DNA of 24,000 bases from Sulfuriferula sp. (lineage in GTDB: Bacteria; Pseudomonadota; Gammaproteobacteria; Burkholderiales; Sulfuriferulaceae). The stretch is taken from positions 224,208 through 248,207 of the forward strand of contig JARLJL010000009.1 of NCBI GenBank assembly GCA_031291235.1, in the 5' to 3' direction. Positions 1 through 8,067 of this stretch are shown here, piece by piece. How positions within the stretch are numbered: the first letter of the stretch is position 1; the number at the start of each line of letters is the position of its first letter. Under the pieces are notes generated by a model that saw only the letters and a program-made list of their open reading frames with translations, searched no databases and was not told the DNA's origin. Both the position numbers and the translations under genes were made by a program.

Positions 1-1083
1 CGTCGATTTACCGGCGCCGTTTTCACCGATGATGGCAATACGCTCGCCCGCCTCGACGATGAAACTCAATTTCGAGAACAACGGCTGATCGTAACCGATG
101 GACAGGTCGGTCACTTCCACGACGTTACGATGCAGCGGTTTCTCCTGCTCGAAACGAATATACGGATACTGGCGCGAAGACGGCTTGATCACGCCCATAT
201 CCTGCTTGAGCTTGTCGATCTGTTTGACCCGCGAAGTCGCCTGGCGGGCTTTGGACGCATTCGCCGAGAAGCGCGACACGAAGGTCTGCAGCTCGGCGAT
301 CTTTTCCTTGGCACGGGCATTGGCTGCCTGCAAGCCTTCGCGTGCCTGCGCTGCTGCCGTCATGTACTCGTCGTAGTTACCCGGGAACAGCTGGATCTTG
401 CCGTAATCCAGATCCGCCATATGCGTACAGATCGAATTCAGGAAATGGCGATCGTGGGAAATGATGATCATGGTGCAGGAACGCTGGTCGAGTATATTTT
501 CCAGCCAGCGTATCGCGTTGATATCGAGGTTGTTGGTCGGCTCGTCGAGCAGCAGAATATCCGGGTTGCCGAATAGCGCCTGCGCCAGCAATACGCGCAA
601 TTTCCAGCCCGGCGCCACTTCCTTCATCGGCCCGTTGTGCTGGGCGCTCGGTATACCCAGCCCCAGCAGCAGCTCACCGGCGCGGGCTTCGGCAGAATAG
701 CCGTCCAGCTCGGCGAATTTGCCTTCCAGATCGGCGGCACGCATGTAGTCGTCTTCAGTCGCTTCCGGGTTGGCGTAAATCGCATCCTTCTCATGCTTGA
801 CCGCCCACAAGTCGGCATCGCCCTGCATCACCACATCCAGTACGACCTGGTCTTCGTAACCGAACTGATCCTGACGCAACCAGCCCAGTTTGTCGCCGGT
901 ATCCAGCGCAACGTGACCGGAAGTCGGCGCCAGCTGCCCGGCCAGTATTTTCATGAAAGTGGATTTGCCGCAGCCATTCGCGCCGATCAGGCCATAACGG
1001 TTACCGTCACCAAATTTGACCGTAACATTTTCGAACAGGGGCTTGGCGCCAAACTGAATGGTGAGATTTTGAGTAGCAATCAC
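1..1083 (-). CDS. ybiT: ABC-F family ATPase (YbiT-like), N-terminal 361 codons; the 3' part lies beyond the window start
   Basis: Absent from the supplied ORF track because it has a GTG start and runs off the edge. The reverse complement from 1083 reads [51 protein letters not shown] (Walker A). Positions 541-600 read [20 protein letters not shown] (Walker B region). Positions 1-30 read [10 protein letters not shown] (second Walker A). This is close to my recollection of the E. coli YbiT N-terminus. An in-frame stop (cta, 1093-1095) lies just upstream of the GTG at 1081-1083. The + strand ORFs 130..576 and 637..1107 are shadow frames. Confidence 0.85.
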   Translation of the reverse strand, partial: MIATQNLTIQFGAKPLFENVTVKFGDGNRYGLIGANGCGKSTFMKILAGQLAPTSGHVALDTGDKLGWLRQDQFGYEDQVVLDVVMQGDADLWAVKHEKDAIYANPEATEDDYMRAADLEGKFAELDGYSAEARAGELLLGLGIPSAQHNGPMKEVAPGWKLRVLLAQALFGNPDILLLDEPTNNLDINAIRWLENILDQRSCTMIIISHDRHFLNSICTHMADLDYGKIQLFPGNYDEYMTAAAQAREGLQAANARAKEKIAELQTFVSRFSANASKARQATSRVKQIDKLKQDMGVIKPSSRQYPYIRFEQEKPLHRNVVEVTDLSIGYDQPLFSKLSFIVEAGERIAIIGENGAGKST

Positions 1084-1116
1084 GATAACAACCTAACAAA
1101 CGGATAACGCGCTATT

Positions 1117-3534
1117 CTACACCGAACGCAGTAGTTTGGACGAGGAGACTACGAAGGGGCTGGGCTGGTCGAAGTAATATCCCTGCACCATATCCACGCC
1201 CAGTTTCTTAACCATATCAAACACATCCTTGTTTTCCACGCACTCTGCCACCGTGGTTTTACCCAGCCCCCGCGCTACGTCGACGATGGCTTTTACGAAA
1301 ATCTGGTTATCCAGCTCGTTGCAGATATTCTGGATGAACAAACCGTCGATTTTCAATATGTTGGCATCCAGATATTTCAGATAGGCGAACGATGAAAAAC
1401 CATTACCGAAATCGTCCAGACTGATTACGCATCCCATTTGCCGCAACGCTTCGATAAACCGCTGCGCGTCCTGCAAATCGGACAACGCTGCAGTTTCGGT
1501 GATTTCGAACATCAGCCGCTTATGCTCCACTTTGTACTCATCGAGCTGATCCGCGATAAACCCGATCAATCCGGCGTCGTCCAAAGAACGTCCAGAGAGA
1601 TTGACAGCCAGCCCGGGAATCTCCGGGTGCGCTGCGAGCAACTGCAGGCTTTGCGTCAGCACCCAGCGATCTATAGCCAGTATCTGCCCGGATTGCTCGG
1701 CAATTGCAATGAAATGGCTGGGCATGACGTATTGACCGGGATCGGTGGTATCACGCATACGGATCAATACTTCGCAGTGCGACAACTTGCCTTTCTTGAC
1801 GCCGTAAACTCCCTGAAAGTGCAGCTCGAACAATCCCTCGTTCAACGCTTGGTCGATGCGCTGATTCCATTGCATACGCTGCACCATCTCGCGCGAGCTG
1901 TCCAGATCAGCCTGATAACTGCGCCAGCTGTTTTTACCTGCCTGCTTGGCCTGATACATGGCGGCATCAGCCCGCGCCACCAGCTGATCGGGATCGTTCG
2001 CGTGAATAGGATAAAGCGCGATACCGACGCTGGAAGTCAAGCGCAGGTCACGCTCCTCGAAGCGGAACGGTATCTGCGCAACGGCATTGACGATACGCGC
2101 AGCCAGCACTTGTGCTTCCACATCGGTGACGTCAGGCAACAGGATCGCAAACTCGTCGCCGCCCAGCCGATACAGAATTTCGCCCTGGCGGACCAGCGCG
2201 CTGATTACACCCGACACCCGGATAAGAATGGCGTCCCCGGCTCTATGACCAAACGTATCGTTAATATATTTGAATCCGTCCAGGTCGATAAACAGCAGAG
2301 CGCCCATGCGTTCCTGACGCGTCTTGGCCTGAAAAATATTAGTCAGCGCATTCTCAAAGCTGCGACGGTTATACAGGCCGGTCAGCGCGTCGCGTTCTGC
2401 CAGATAAATCAATTGCGCCGCAGTCTGGCGTTCGCGGGTGACGTCTTCGAATATCCATAACGAACCCATTACCTGGCCATCGTCCGCCAATACGGATCGC
2501 GTTGCATGGGTAACAAGCCGGCCGTCCGCCATCTCGATTTCGAATTCCGCCATTCCGCCGCCCGGGCGCAATACGCGCACGATATGCTCGGAAAAATGCA
2601 GCGGATTAACCAGCGCCATGCTGGACTCCTGCAGCAGGTCCGAGGCGGACTTGCCGATGACCTGTTCGCGGCTGCGTATCCGCCAGATATGCTCAAAAGC
2701 CGGATTGCAGTAAACCACCAGCCCGGCGTTATCGACAAACACGATACCTAGTGTCATCGCCGACAACAGCGCTACCAGTCGCGCTTCTTCTTCACGCACA
2801 TACGCCAGTGCGTCGCGCTGCCTGGCTTCGGCATCCTGCAGGGCGCCAATACGCTGCTGCAAGCTTTCCGCCATCGCGTTAAAGGCGGCATTGAGCTGAC
2901 CCACTTCATCATCGGTATTGACCGGCAACTTGATATGCAAATCTCCGGCTGCCAGACTCTGGCTGGCGGTAGCCAGCTGACGCAAATGCCGTGTTAACCA
3001 GATACTCAGCACCAGCAGCAACAGAAAGGCGATCAGCTCGGTGATACCGGCCACCAGAAAACCCAATTTAATCAGATGTTGCTGCGCCAGTTCTGCGAAT
3101 TTGGTCGACAAGCCGAAATGCAGGGTACCGTATCGCGAGGCGCCGAGCGTGATGGGCAGCACATTGTCCACAGTGTCCGCAGACAACTTGCCGAATGCCG
3201 CACCCGGCGTCTTGACGCCGGCAGGCACATTTCCCGCCTGTTCGACGAACCTGCCGTCTTCATCTACCAGCCACAAATAGCTGATGCCTTCGTCGCGCTG
3301 CACGTTATGTAACAGCGCATGAATCCCCGCCAGATCGCGCTGAAATAGCGCATTAGCCAGATTGGTATTAAGCAGGGGGCGCAGTTCGTCCAAGCGCATC
3401 TGATTTTGCTGCATCAAGGTACGGTTCAGCAACGTAATGCTGGTATAACCCAACGCGAACAGAACCAGCAACTGCACAGTTAGCGCTGCGGCCAGGATCT
3501 TGAGCCACAAGGGGAAATGAGCGCCAAACTTCAT
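1117..3534 (-). CDS. Membrane sensor protein: TM - periplasmic loop - TM - HAMP - PAS - GGDEF - EAL (putative diguanylate cyclase/phosphodiesterase)
   Basis: 805-aa ORF. Hydrophobic spans at about residues 10-32 and 155-179 flank a loop of about 120 aa. A HAMP-like linker covers about residues 180-232 and a PAS-like region about 250-365. The GGDEF motif is intact (RLGGDEFAIL, nt 2149-2163). The EAL domain has an EVL variant (nt 1765-1773) plus FEITE, DDFGNG, KIDG, AECVE and QGYYF motifs. Its ATG at 3532-3534 overlaps the upstream stop codon (ATGA). Confidence 0.9.
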   Translation of the reverse strand: MKFGAHFPLWLKILAAALTVQLLVLFALGYTSITLLNRTLMQQNQMRLDELRPLLNTNLANALFQRDLAGIHALLHNVQRDEGISYLWLVDEDGRFVEQAGNVPAGVKTPGAAFGKLSADTVDNVLPITLGASRYGTLHFGLSTKFAELAQQHLIKLGFLVAGITELIAFLLLLVLSIWLTRHLRQLATASQSLAAGDLHIKLPVNTDDEVGQLNAAFNAMAESLQQRIGALQDAEARQRDALAYVREEEARLVALLSAMTLGIVFVDNAGLVVYCNPAFEHIWRIRSREQVIGKSASDLLQESSMALVNPLHFSEHIVRVLRPGGGMAEFEIEMADGRLVTHATRSVLADDGQVMGSLWIFEDVTRERQTAAQLIYLAERDALTGLYNRRSFENALTNIFQAKTRQERMGALLFIDLDGFKYINDTFGHRAGDAILIRVSGVISALVRQGEILYRLGGDEFAILLPDVTDVEAQVLAARIVNAVAQIPFRFEERDLRLTSSVGIALYPIHANDPDQLVARADAAMYQAKQAGKNSWRSYQADLDSSREMVQRMQWNQRIDQALNEGLFELHFQGVYGVKKGKLSHCEVLIRMRDTTDPGQYVMPSHFIAIAEQSGQILAIDRWVLTQSLQLLAAHPEIPGLAVNLSGRSLDDAGLIGFIADQLDEYKVEHKRLMFEITETAALSDLQDAQRFIEALRQMGCVISLDDFGNGFSSFAYLKYLDANILKIDGLFIQNICNELDNQIFVKAIVDVARGLGKTTVAECVENKDVFDMVKKLGVDMVQGYYFDQPSPFVVSSSKLLRSV

Positions 3535-4376
3535 TCGCCGCCCTGACTTAACATCGCGCGCGTTACCAGCGCATAAGGTTTAACCGCCGCCAGTGCATCG
3601 GGGTTTGCAGCGACGATAGCGCCTATATGATTGGTTTTAATGAAATCCGCGCCCACAGCAACGTAGTTGAACCCGATCAACGCCGTGCGAATGCGCTCGC
3701 GCAGCGACGCCGGCACTGCGGCTCCGACCATGACAAACTGGCTGGGTACGCTTTGTGTTTCCCCGATGATGCGCAATTTGCTTTGCACTTCTGCAGGCAT
3801 TTGCTGGAACGGCAATTTGCCGATTACCGCACAATCCGCCTGCGCCGTTGTCACTGCGAGTGCGGCATTGGCATGGTTACTGTACACCGCGACCCGATAA
3901 TCCACATTCGCTGTCAAACCTATCAATTTCAGATATTCCAGCCCCAGCTGACTGACTATGGCCAACGGATCTATCATCGCAACCACTTTACCGTCGCAAT
4001 TGCCCGGCACCGGAATAGGCGCATTACGCCTGACGATCACCACCCCGGATATCGGATTGGTAAACGTGACCAATGGCCGATAATCCGACTCCACCATGGC
4101 CAGCCAAGCGAGATGCGGCGCTGTCACCACAACATCGAACTGATTATCGTGCGTCGCCTTGTAAAAAGACCTGAAATCCCTGGCGGAAAACAATCGTACC
4201 TGACACCCCAGCTGCGCCGCCAGGTAATCGGCCAGCGGCTGATACAGCTCTATCAGCCTGCGCGCAGGGAGATTCGGGAACAGCCCTATGGTTAATACCG
4301 TCGAGCCTGCCCGTCCCGTTATCGGCAAGGCAGTAAGCGCAAGCGCAGCGCAGAATTGACGGCGGGTCAGCTTCAT
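3531..4376 (-). CDS. Periplasmic substrate-binding protein, PhnD/phosphonate-binding-like family, with a twin-arginine-like signal peptide
   Basis: 281-aa ORF. The N-terminus MKLTRRQFCAALALTALPITGRAGS contains a T-R-R-x-F motif followed by a hydrophobic core. The body (LTIGLFPNLPARRLIELYQPLADYLAAQLGCQVRLF...FDVVVTAPHLAWLA...) matches the pattern I associate with the PhnD-type type-2 binding-protein fold. ATGA overlaps occur at both ends (4373-4376 and 3531-3534). No ABC permease or transport ATPase is nearby. Confidence 0.75.
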   Translation of the reverse strand: MKLTRRQFCAALALTALPITGRAGSTVLTIGLFPNLPARRLIELYQPLADYLAAQLGCQVRLFSARDFRSFYKATHDNQFDVVVTAPHLAWLAMVESDYRPLVTFTNPISGVVIVRRNAPIPVPGNCDGKVVAMIDPLAIVSQLGLEYLKLIGLTANVDYRVAVYSNHANAALAVTTAQADCAVIGKLPFQQMPAEVQSKLRIIGETQSVPSQFVMVGAAVPASLRERIRTALIGFNYVAVGADFIKTNHIGAIVAANPDALAAVKPYALVTRAMLSQGGE

Positions 4377-5692
4377 AGCGTCTTGACAAACACCTTGGAG
4401 CGTCGCTGATAATTGTATAAAGTCTGCTTCTGCATCGGCAACTCGCTCACGTAGGCATTGACAAAACCGCGCTCGACAAACCAGTGCGCAGTATGGGTAG
4501 TGAGCACGAACAAGCGTTCAAAACCCGCTGACCGCGCCGCCTTTTCTGCCGCTTCAAGCAAATCGTCGCCGCGCGCGCTGCCGCGATAATCCGGATGCAC
4601 TGCCAGACACGCCAGCTCGCCCACGCGCTCTTCCGCAAACGGGTAAAGCGCCGCGCAACCGATCAGAAATCCGTCGTGCTCAAGCACGATAAAGCGTTCT
4701 ATCTCCATCTCCAGCCGCTCGCGCGAGCGACGCACCAGCATGCCTTCCTCTTCCAGCGGATGGATCAGCTGCAGTATGCCGCCTACATCGTCTATCGTTG
4801 CCGTACGCAAGGTTTCCAATCGCGCCGGCGTCAGCATCGTACCCACACCTTCATGAGTGAACAGCTCACTCAGCAACGCGCCGTCGATATGGCGGCTGAT
4901 CAGATGCACGCGTTTCACGCCCTGCCGACACGCAGCAATCGCGCACGGCAGGTAATAGCCCACGTCGTCTGCCACATTGGGATGTTGCGCCAGCACTTGC
5001 TGCGCTTCGGGTACGGTCAGTATATGCAGCAAATTGCCCGCCACGTCCTGCACACCTTCGGTCTCCATCAGAAAAATCAGCTTGTCCGCAACCAGCGCCT
5101 GCGCTGCCGCGGTCGCCACATCCTCCAGCGACAGATTAAATATCTCGCCGGTAGGCGAATAACCCAATGGCGACAACAACACCATATCGTTATCGTCCAG
5201 CCGCTGCCGTATTGCTGCCGCGTTGATTTTGCGCACCACGCCGGTATGCATCAGATCCACGCCCTGCCGCACCCCCAATGGCCGCGCAGTGACGAAATTG
5301 CCCGAAGCAACGCGTATGTCGGCATTCGCCATCGGACTGTTGGGCAGCCCCATCGACAATAACGCCTCGATCTCGACCCGCACTTCGCCTACCGCTTCCT
5401 TCACGCACGCCAGCGCAGCGGCATCGGTTACCCGCAAGCCGTCCACATAACGGATTGCCGCCTGCCGCTCGGTCAGATGCTCCTCCACCTGGGGGCGCAC
5501 GCCGTGCACCAGCACCAGACGCACGCCCAGACTGTTAAGCAGATTCAGATCGTGCGCCAGACGCGTGAATTGTCCGTCGGTCAGCACTTCGCCGCCGAAC
5601 GCGAGCACGAACGTCTTGCCGCGGAACGCGTGTATATAAGGCGCAGCGGCACGAAACCAGTGAACAAAGGAAGTAGGCGGCATGGTCGGCAT
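4373..5692 (-). CDS. argA: Amino-acid N-acetyltransferase (N-acetylglutamate synthase)
   Basis: 439 aa. The N-terminal amino-acid-kinase-like region is FVHWFRAAAPYIHAFRGKTFVLAFGGE...LVLVHGVRPQ. The C-terminal GNAT region is IGCAALYPFAEERVGELACLAVHPDYRG. Length and domain order are typical of bacterial ArgA. An alternative ATG lies at 5683 (M4). Confidence 0.9.
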   Translation of the reverse strand: MPTMPPTSFVHWFRAAAPYIHAFRGKTFVLAFGGEVLTDGQFTRLAHDLNLLNSLGVRLVLVHGVRPQVEEHLTERQAAIRYVDGLRVTDAAALACVKEAVGEVRVEIEALLSMGLPNSPMANADIRVASGNFVTARPLGVRQGVDLMHTGVVRKINAAAIRQRLDDNDMVLLSPLGYSPTGEIFNLSLEDVATAAAQALVADKLIFLMETEGVQDVAGNLLHILTVPEAQQVLAQHPNVADDVGYYLPCAIAACRQGVKRVHLISRHIDGALLSELFTHEGVGTMLTPARLETLRTATIDDVGGILQLIHPLEEEGMLVRRSRERLEMEIERFIVLEHDGFLIGCAALYPFAEERVGELACLAVHPDYRGSARGDDLLEAAEKAARSAGFERLFVLTTHTAHWFVERGFVNAYVSELPMQKQTLYNYQRRSKVFVKTL

Positions 5693-5748
5693 TATTATTA
5701 GAAAGTTTCCCTAGTAAAGATTACAGTGTATACCAAAAATAAAACCAG

Positions 5749-6474
5749 TTAAAAATCCCCCCACAATACCTGCATGGCGCTCAATGCCGCCACTGCCGCA
5801 GTCTCCGTGCGCAGCACCCGCGGCCCCAGACGTACCGGGGTAAAACCTGCCGTAACAGCGGACCGGTACTCATCCGGACTGAAGCCGCCCTCGGGGCCGG
5901 CCAGTATCTCCACACCCGTCTCGGGTTTGGCAAGCGTATGCAAGCTTGCATCGGCATCAGGCGAGAACATGATGCGCAGAGGCTGGGCGGGGGAGTTTGC
6001 CAGCCAGTTCGGCAAGGTCTCGACCGCAGCCACCTCGGGCACGACATTGCGCCCGCATTGTTCGCATGCCGCAATCACCAGGTTTTGCCAATGACTGCGG
6101 CGCTTGTCGGCACGCTCGCCCGCCAGTTTGACGACGCTGCGCGCGCACGCCAGCGGCTGGATGCGCGCCACGCCCAGTTCGACCGCTTTCTGCAGGGTGT
6201 AATCCATGCGGTCGCCGCTGGAAATGCCCTGTACCAGCGTCACTGTCAGCGGCGATTCGCGGCTGACGGCAAGGCGCTCATGTACTTCGACTTCGACATC
6301 GCGTTTGTCGATACAGTTGATGGTCGACACCCACTCGCTGCCCGACCCGTCGAACAGCACGACGACATCGCCCGCATTCAGTCGCAGCACGCGTGCCGCA
6401 TGATGCGCAGCGGCATCTGGCAGATTCATCCGGGTATTGAGTATCGGTGTATGAGCAATATAGAAACGCGGCAT
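5749..6474 (-). CDS. rsmE: 16S rRNA (uracil1498-N3)-methyltransferase
   Basis: 241 aa with an MPRFYI start and RsmE-type C-terminal motifs (ILAGPEGGFSPDE, LGPRVLRTETA). Size is typical for RsmE. Confidence 0.85.
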   Translation of the reverse strand: MPRFYIAHTPILNTRMNLPDAAAHHAARVLRLNAGDVVVLFDGSGSEWVSTINCIDKRDVEVEVHERLAVSRESPLTVTLVQGISSGDRMDYTLQKAVELGVARIQPLACARSVVKLAGERADKRRSHWQNLVIAACEQCGRNVVPEVAAVETLPNWLANSPAQPLRIMFSPDADASLHTLAKPETGVEILAGPEGGFSPDEYRSAVTAGFTPVRLGPRVLRTETAAVAALSAMQVLWGDF

Positions 6475-6546
6475 GGCTTACTGATTAGTAAATGGCTTAC
6501 ATGGTATGATAACGTGTAATTAACGAGATTTATCATCGGAGCTGAA

Positions 6547-7104
6547 ATGGTCAGTTTACAAACCCCGGTTTGCCAATTCGGCTGGCAAGCCCCCGATTTT
6601 GATTTGCCCGGCATCGACGGCAAACGCTATTCGCTCTCGACGAGCATGGGCGAAAACGGCCTGCTGGTCATGTTTATCTGTAACCATTGCCCGTATGTAC
6701 AGGCAATCCGGCCGCGACTGGTACGCGATTGCCGCGAATTACGCGACCAACACGGGATCAACAGCATCGCCATCATGTCCAACGATCCGGCGGACTACGC
6801 CGAAGACTCATTCGACAACATGGTTAAAGTTGCTGCCGAATTCGATTTTCCGTTTCCGTACGTATATGACGAAACGCAAACTGTCGCGCATAGCTACGAT
6901 GCCGTATGCACGCCCGACTTTTTCGGATTCAACCGCACAGGCGAATTGCAATACCGCGGTCGATTCGATGCCTCCCGCAAGGAAGCGGCACCCGAAGACG
7001 TCCGCCGCGATCTGTTCGAAGCCATGAAGCTGGTGGCTATCTCCCAAAAAGGCCCGCTCGATCAAATTCCCGGCATGGGCTGCTCGATCAAGTGGAAAGC
7101 CTGA
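6547..7104 (+). CDS. Thioredoxin-fold protein (AhpC/TSA-like thiol-disulfide oxidoreductase family), CxxC motif CNHC
   Basis: 185-aa ORF. It has an APDFDLPGIDGKRYSL peroxiredoxin-like N-terminus and a redox motif FICNHCPYV. No signal peptide is evident. A GGAG lies upstream of the ATG. Confidence 0.75.
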   Translation: MVSLQTPVCQFGWQAPDFDLPGIDGKRYSLSTSMGENGLLVMFICNHCPYVQAIRPRLVRDCRELRDQHGINSIAIMSNDPADYAEDSFDNMVKVAAEFDFPFPYVYDETQTVAHSYDAVCTPDFFGFNRTGELQYRGRFDASRKEAAPEDVRRDLFEAMKLVAISQKGPLDQIPGMGCSIKWKA

Positions 7105-7128
7105 TCACCCACTCACTTTTACTTTACT

Positions 7129-7932
7129 ATGCTCAATCAAGTTATCGCTATTGTTAAACAAGTTGCACAGACCGAAGTCATGCCGCGCTACCTCAACGTG
7201 GCACACAACCACAAAACGGACGGCAGCATGTGTACGGAAGCCGATATCGCCTGCCAGCAAGCGCTTGCAACAGCACTGCACAAACTTGCCCCTTATCCGG
7301 TACTGGGCGAGGAAATGAGCGAGGAAGAACAGTCCCGGCAATGGGCTGCCGGCGTTGACGGCCTGTGGTGCATAGACCCGATAGACGGCACCTCCAATTT
7401 CGTCAACGGCATCCCTTATTTCGCGCTGTCGGTAGCACTCATGAAGCATGGCAAAAGCGTGCTTGGCGTTATTTACGACCCGGTAGCCGACGAGATGTTT
7501 TATGCCGAACGCGGCTGCGGCGCATTTCTCAACGGCTTCTCGCTACCCATCAGAACGCGCGCACCCGACCTGCATCACAGTCTGGCCGCTGTGGAATTGA
7601 AGCGCATCAACGACAATATCACCGCGCAAATTGCTCTGCACCCGCCCTATACCTCCCAGCGCAATTTCGGCGCGAGCACGCTGGACTGGTGCTATGTCGC
7701 TGCCGGACGATTCGACGTTTACCTGCACGGCGGCCAGAAGCTGTGGGACTACGCTGCCGGCTGCCTGATCATGGAAGAAGCAGGCGGGCATTGCTGCACG
7801 CTGCTCTGCGACGATTTCTGGGCCGACGATCCCTGGCAACGCTCGGTCGTTGCCGCGCTCGGCAACGACCTGTTTAAGGAGTGGCGCGAATGGATACATG
7901 CCGCCAACCTGAAACCGGCCCCTAACGTTTGA
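7129..7932 (+). CDS. Inositol monophosphatase family protein (SuhB/CysQ-like sugar/nucleotide phosphatase)
   Basis: 267 aa. IMPase motifs are present: VLGEE (metal ligand), WCIDPIDGTSNF and LWDYAAGCLIMEEAGG. Substrate cannot be assigned from sequence alone. Confidence 0.85.
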   Translation: MLNQVIAIVKQVAQTEVMPRYLNVAHNHKTDGSMCTEADIACQQALATALHKLAPYPVLGEEMSEEEQSRQWAAGVDGLWCIDPIDGTSNFVNGIPYFALSVALMKHGKSVLGVIYDPVADEMFYAERGCGAFLNGFSLPIRTRAPDLHHSLAAVELKRINDNITAQIALHPPYTSQRNFGASTLDWCYVAAGRFDVYLHGGQKLWDYAAGCLIMEEAGGHCCTLLCDDFWADDPWQRSVVAALGNDLFKEWREWIHAANLKPAPNV

Positions 7933-7982
7933 ATTAGCACACTATTTTTACCGACTTCGATATATTTGGACGCTCGTCATAC

Positions 7983-8011
7983 TTGCTGAAATTCGCCATG
8001 TCGGCGATAAT
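7983..8011 (+). promoter_or_regulatory. Candidate sigma70-type promoter for tkt cluster (-35 TTGCTG, 17-nt spacer, -10 GATAAT)
   Basis: TTGCTG at 7983-7988 and GATAAT at 8006-8011, about 57 nt upstream of the tkt ATG. This is a pattern match only, and the -35 is weak (3 of 6). Confidence 0.3.
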
Positions 8012-8067
8012 CGGAAACTTTCAGCTGATCAGCGCTACCTCATTTTTTATTTTCTAAGGAAAAAGCA

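Noticed and set aside
130-1107. Plus-strand ORFs 130..576 and 637..1107 offered by the track
   Set aside because: The minus strand here encodes a clean ABC-F ATPase with Walker A/B motifs in a single uninterrupted frame. The plus-strand products have no family features.
8024-8033. Perfect 10-bp palindrome GCTGATCAGC in the tkt leader
   Set aside because: Perfect 10-bp palindromes are expected about 20 times by chance in 24 kb. There is no second copy and no known consensus.
7997-8056. 19-codon small ORF ([19 protein letters not shown]) ending at the tkt Shine-Dalgarno sequence
   Set aside because: It has no Shine-Dalgarno sequence, is AT-rich and chance-length, and is incompatible with the only plausible promoter, whose -10 lies inside it.
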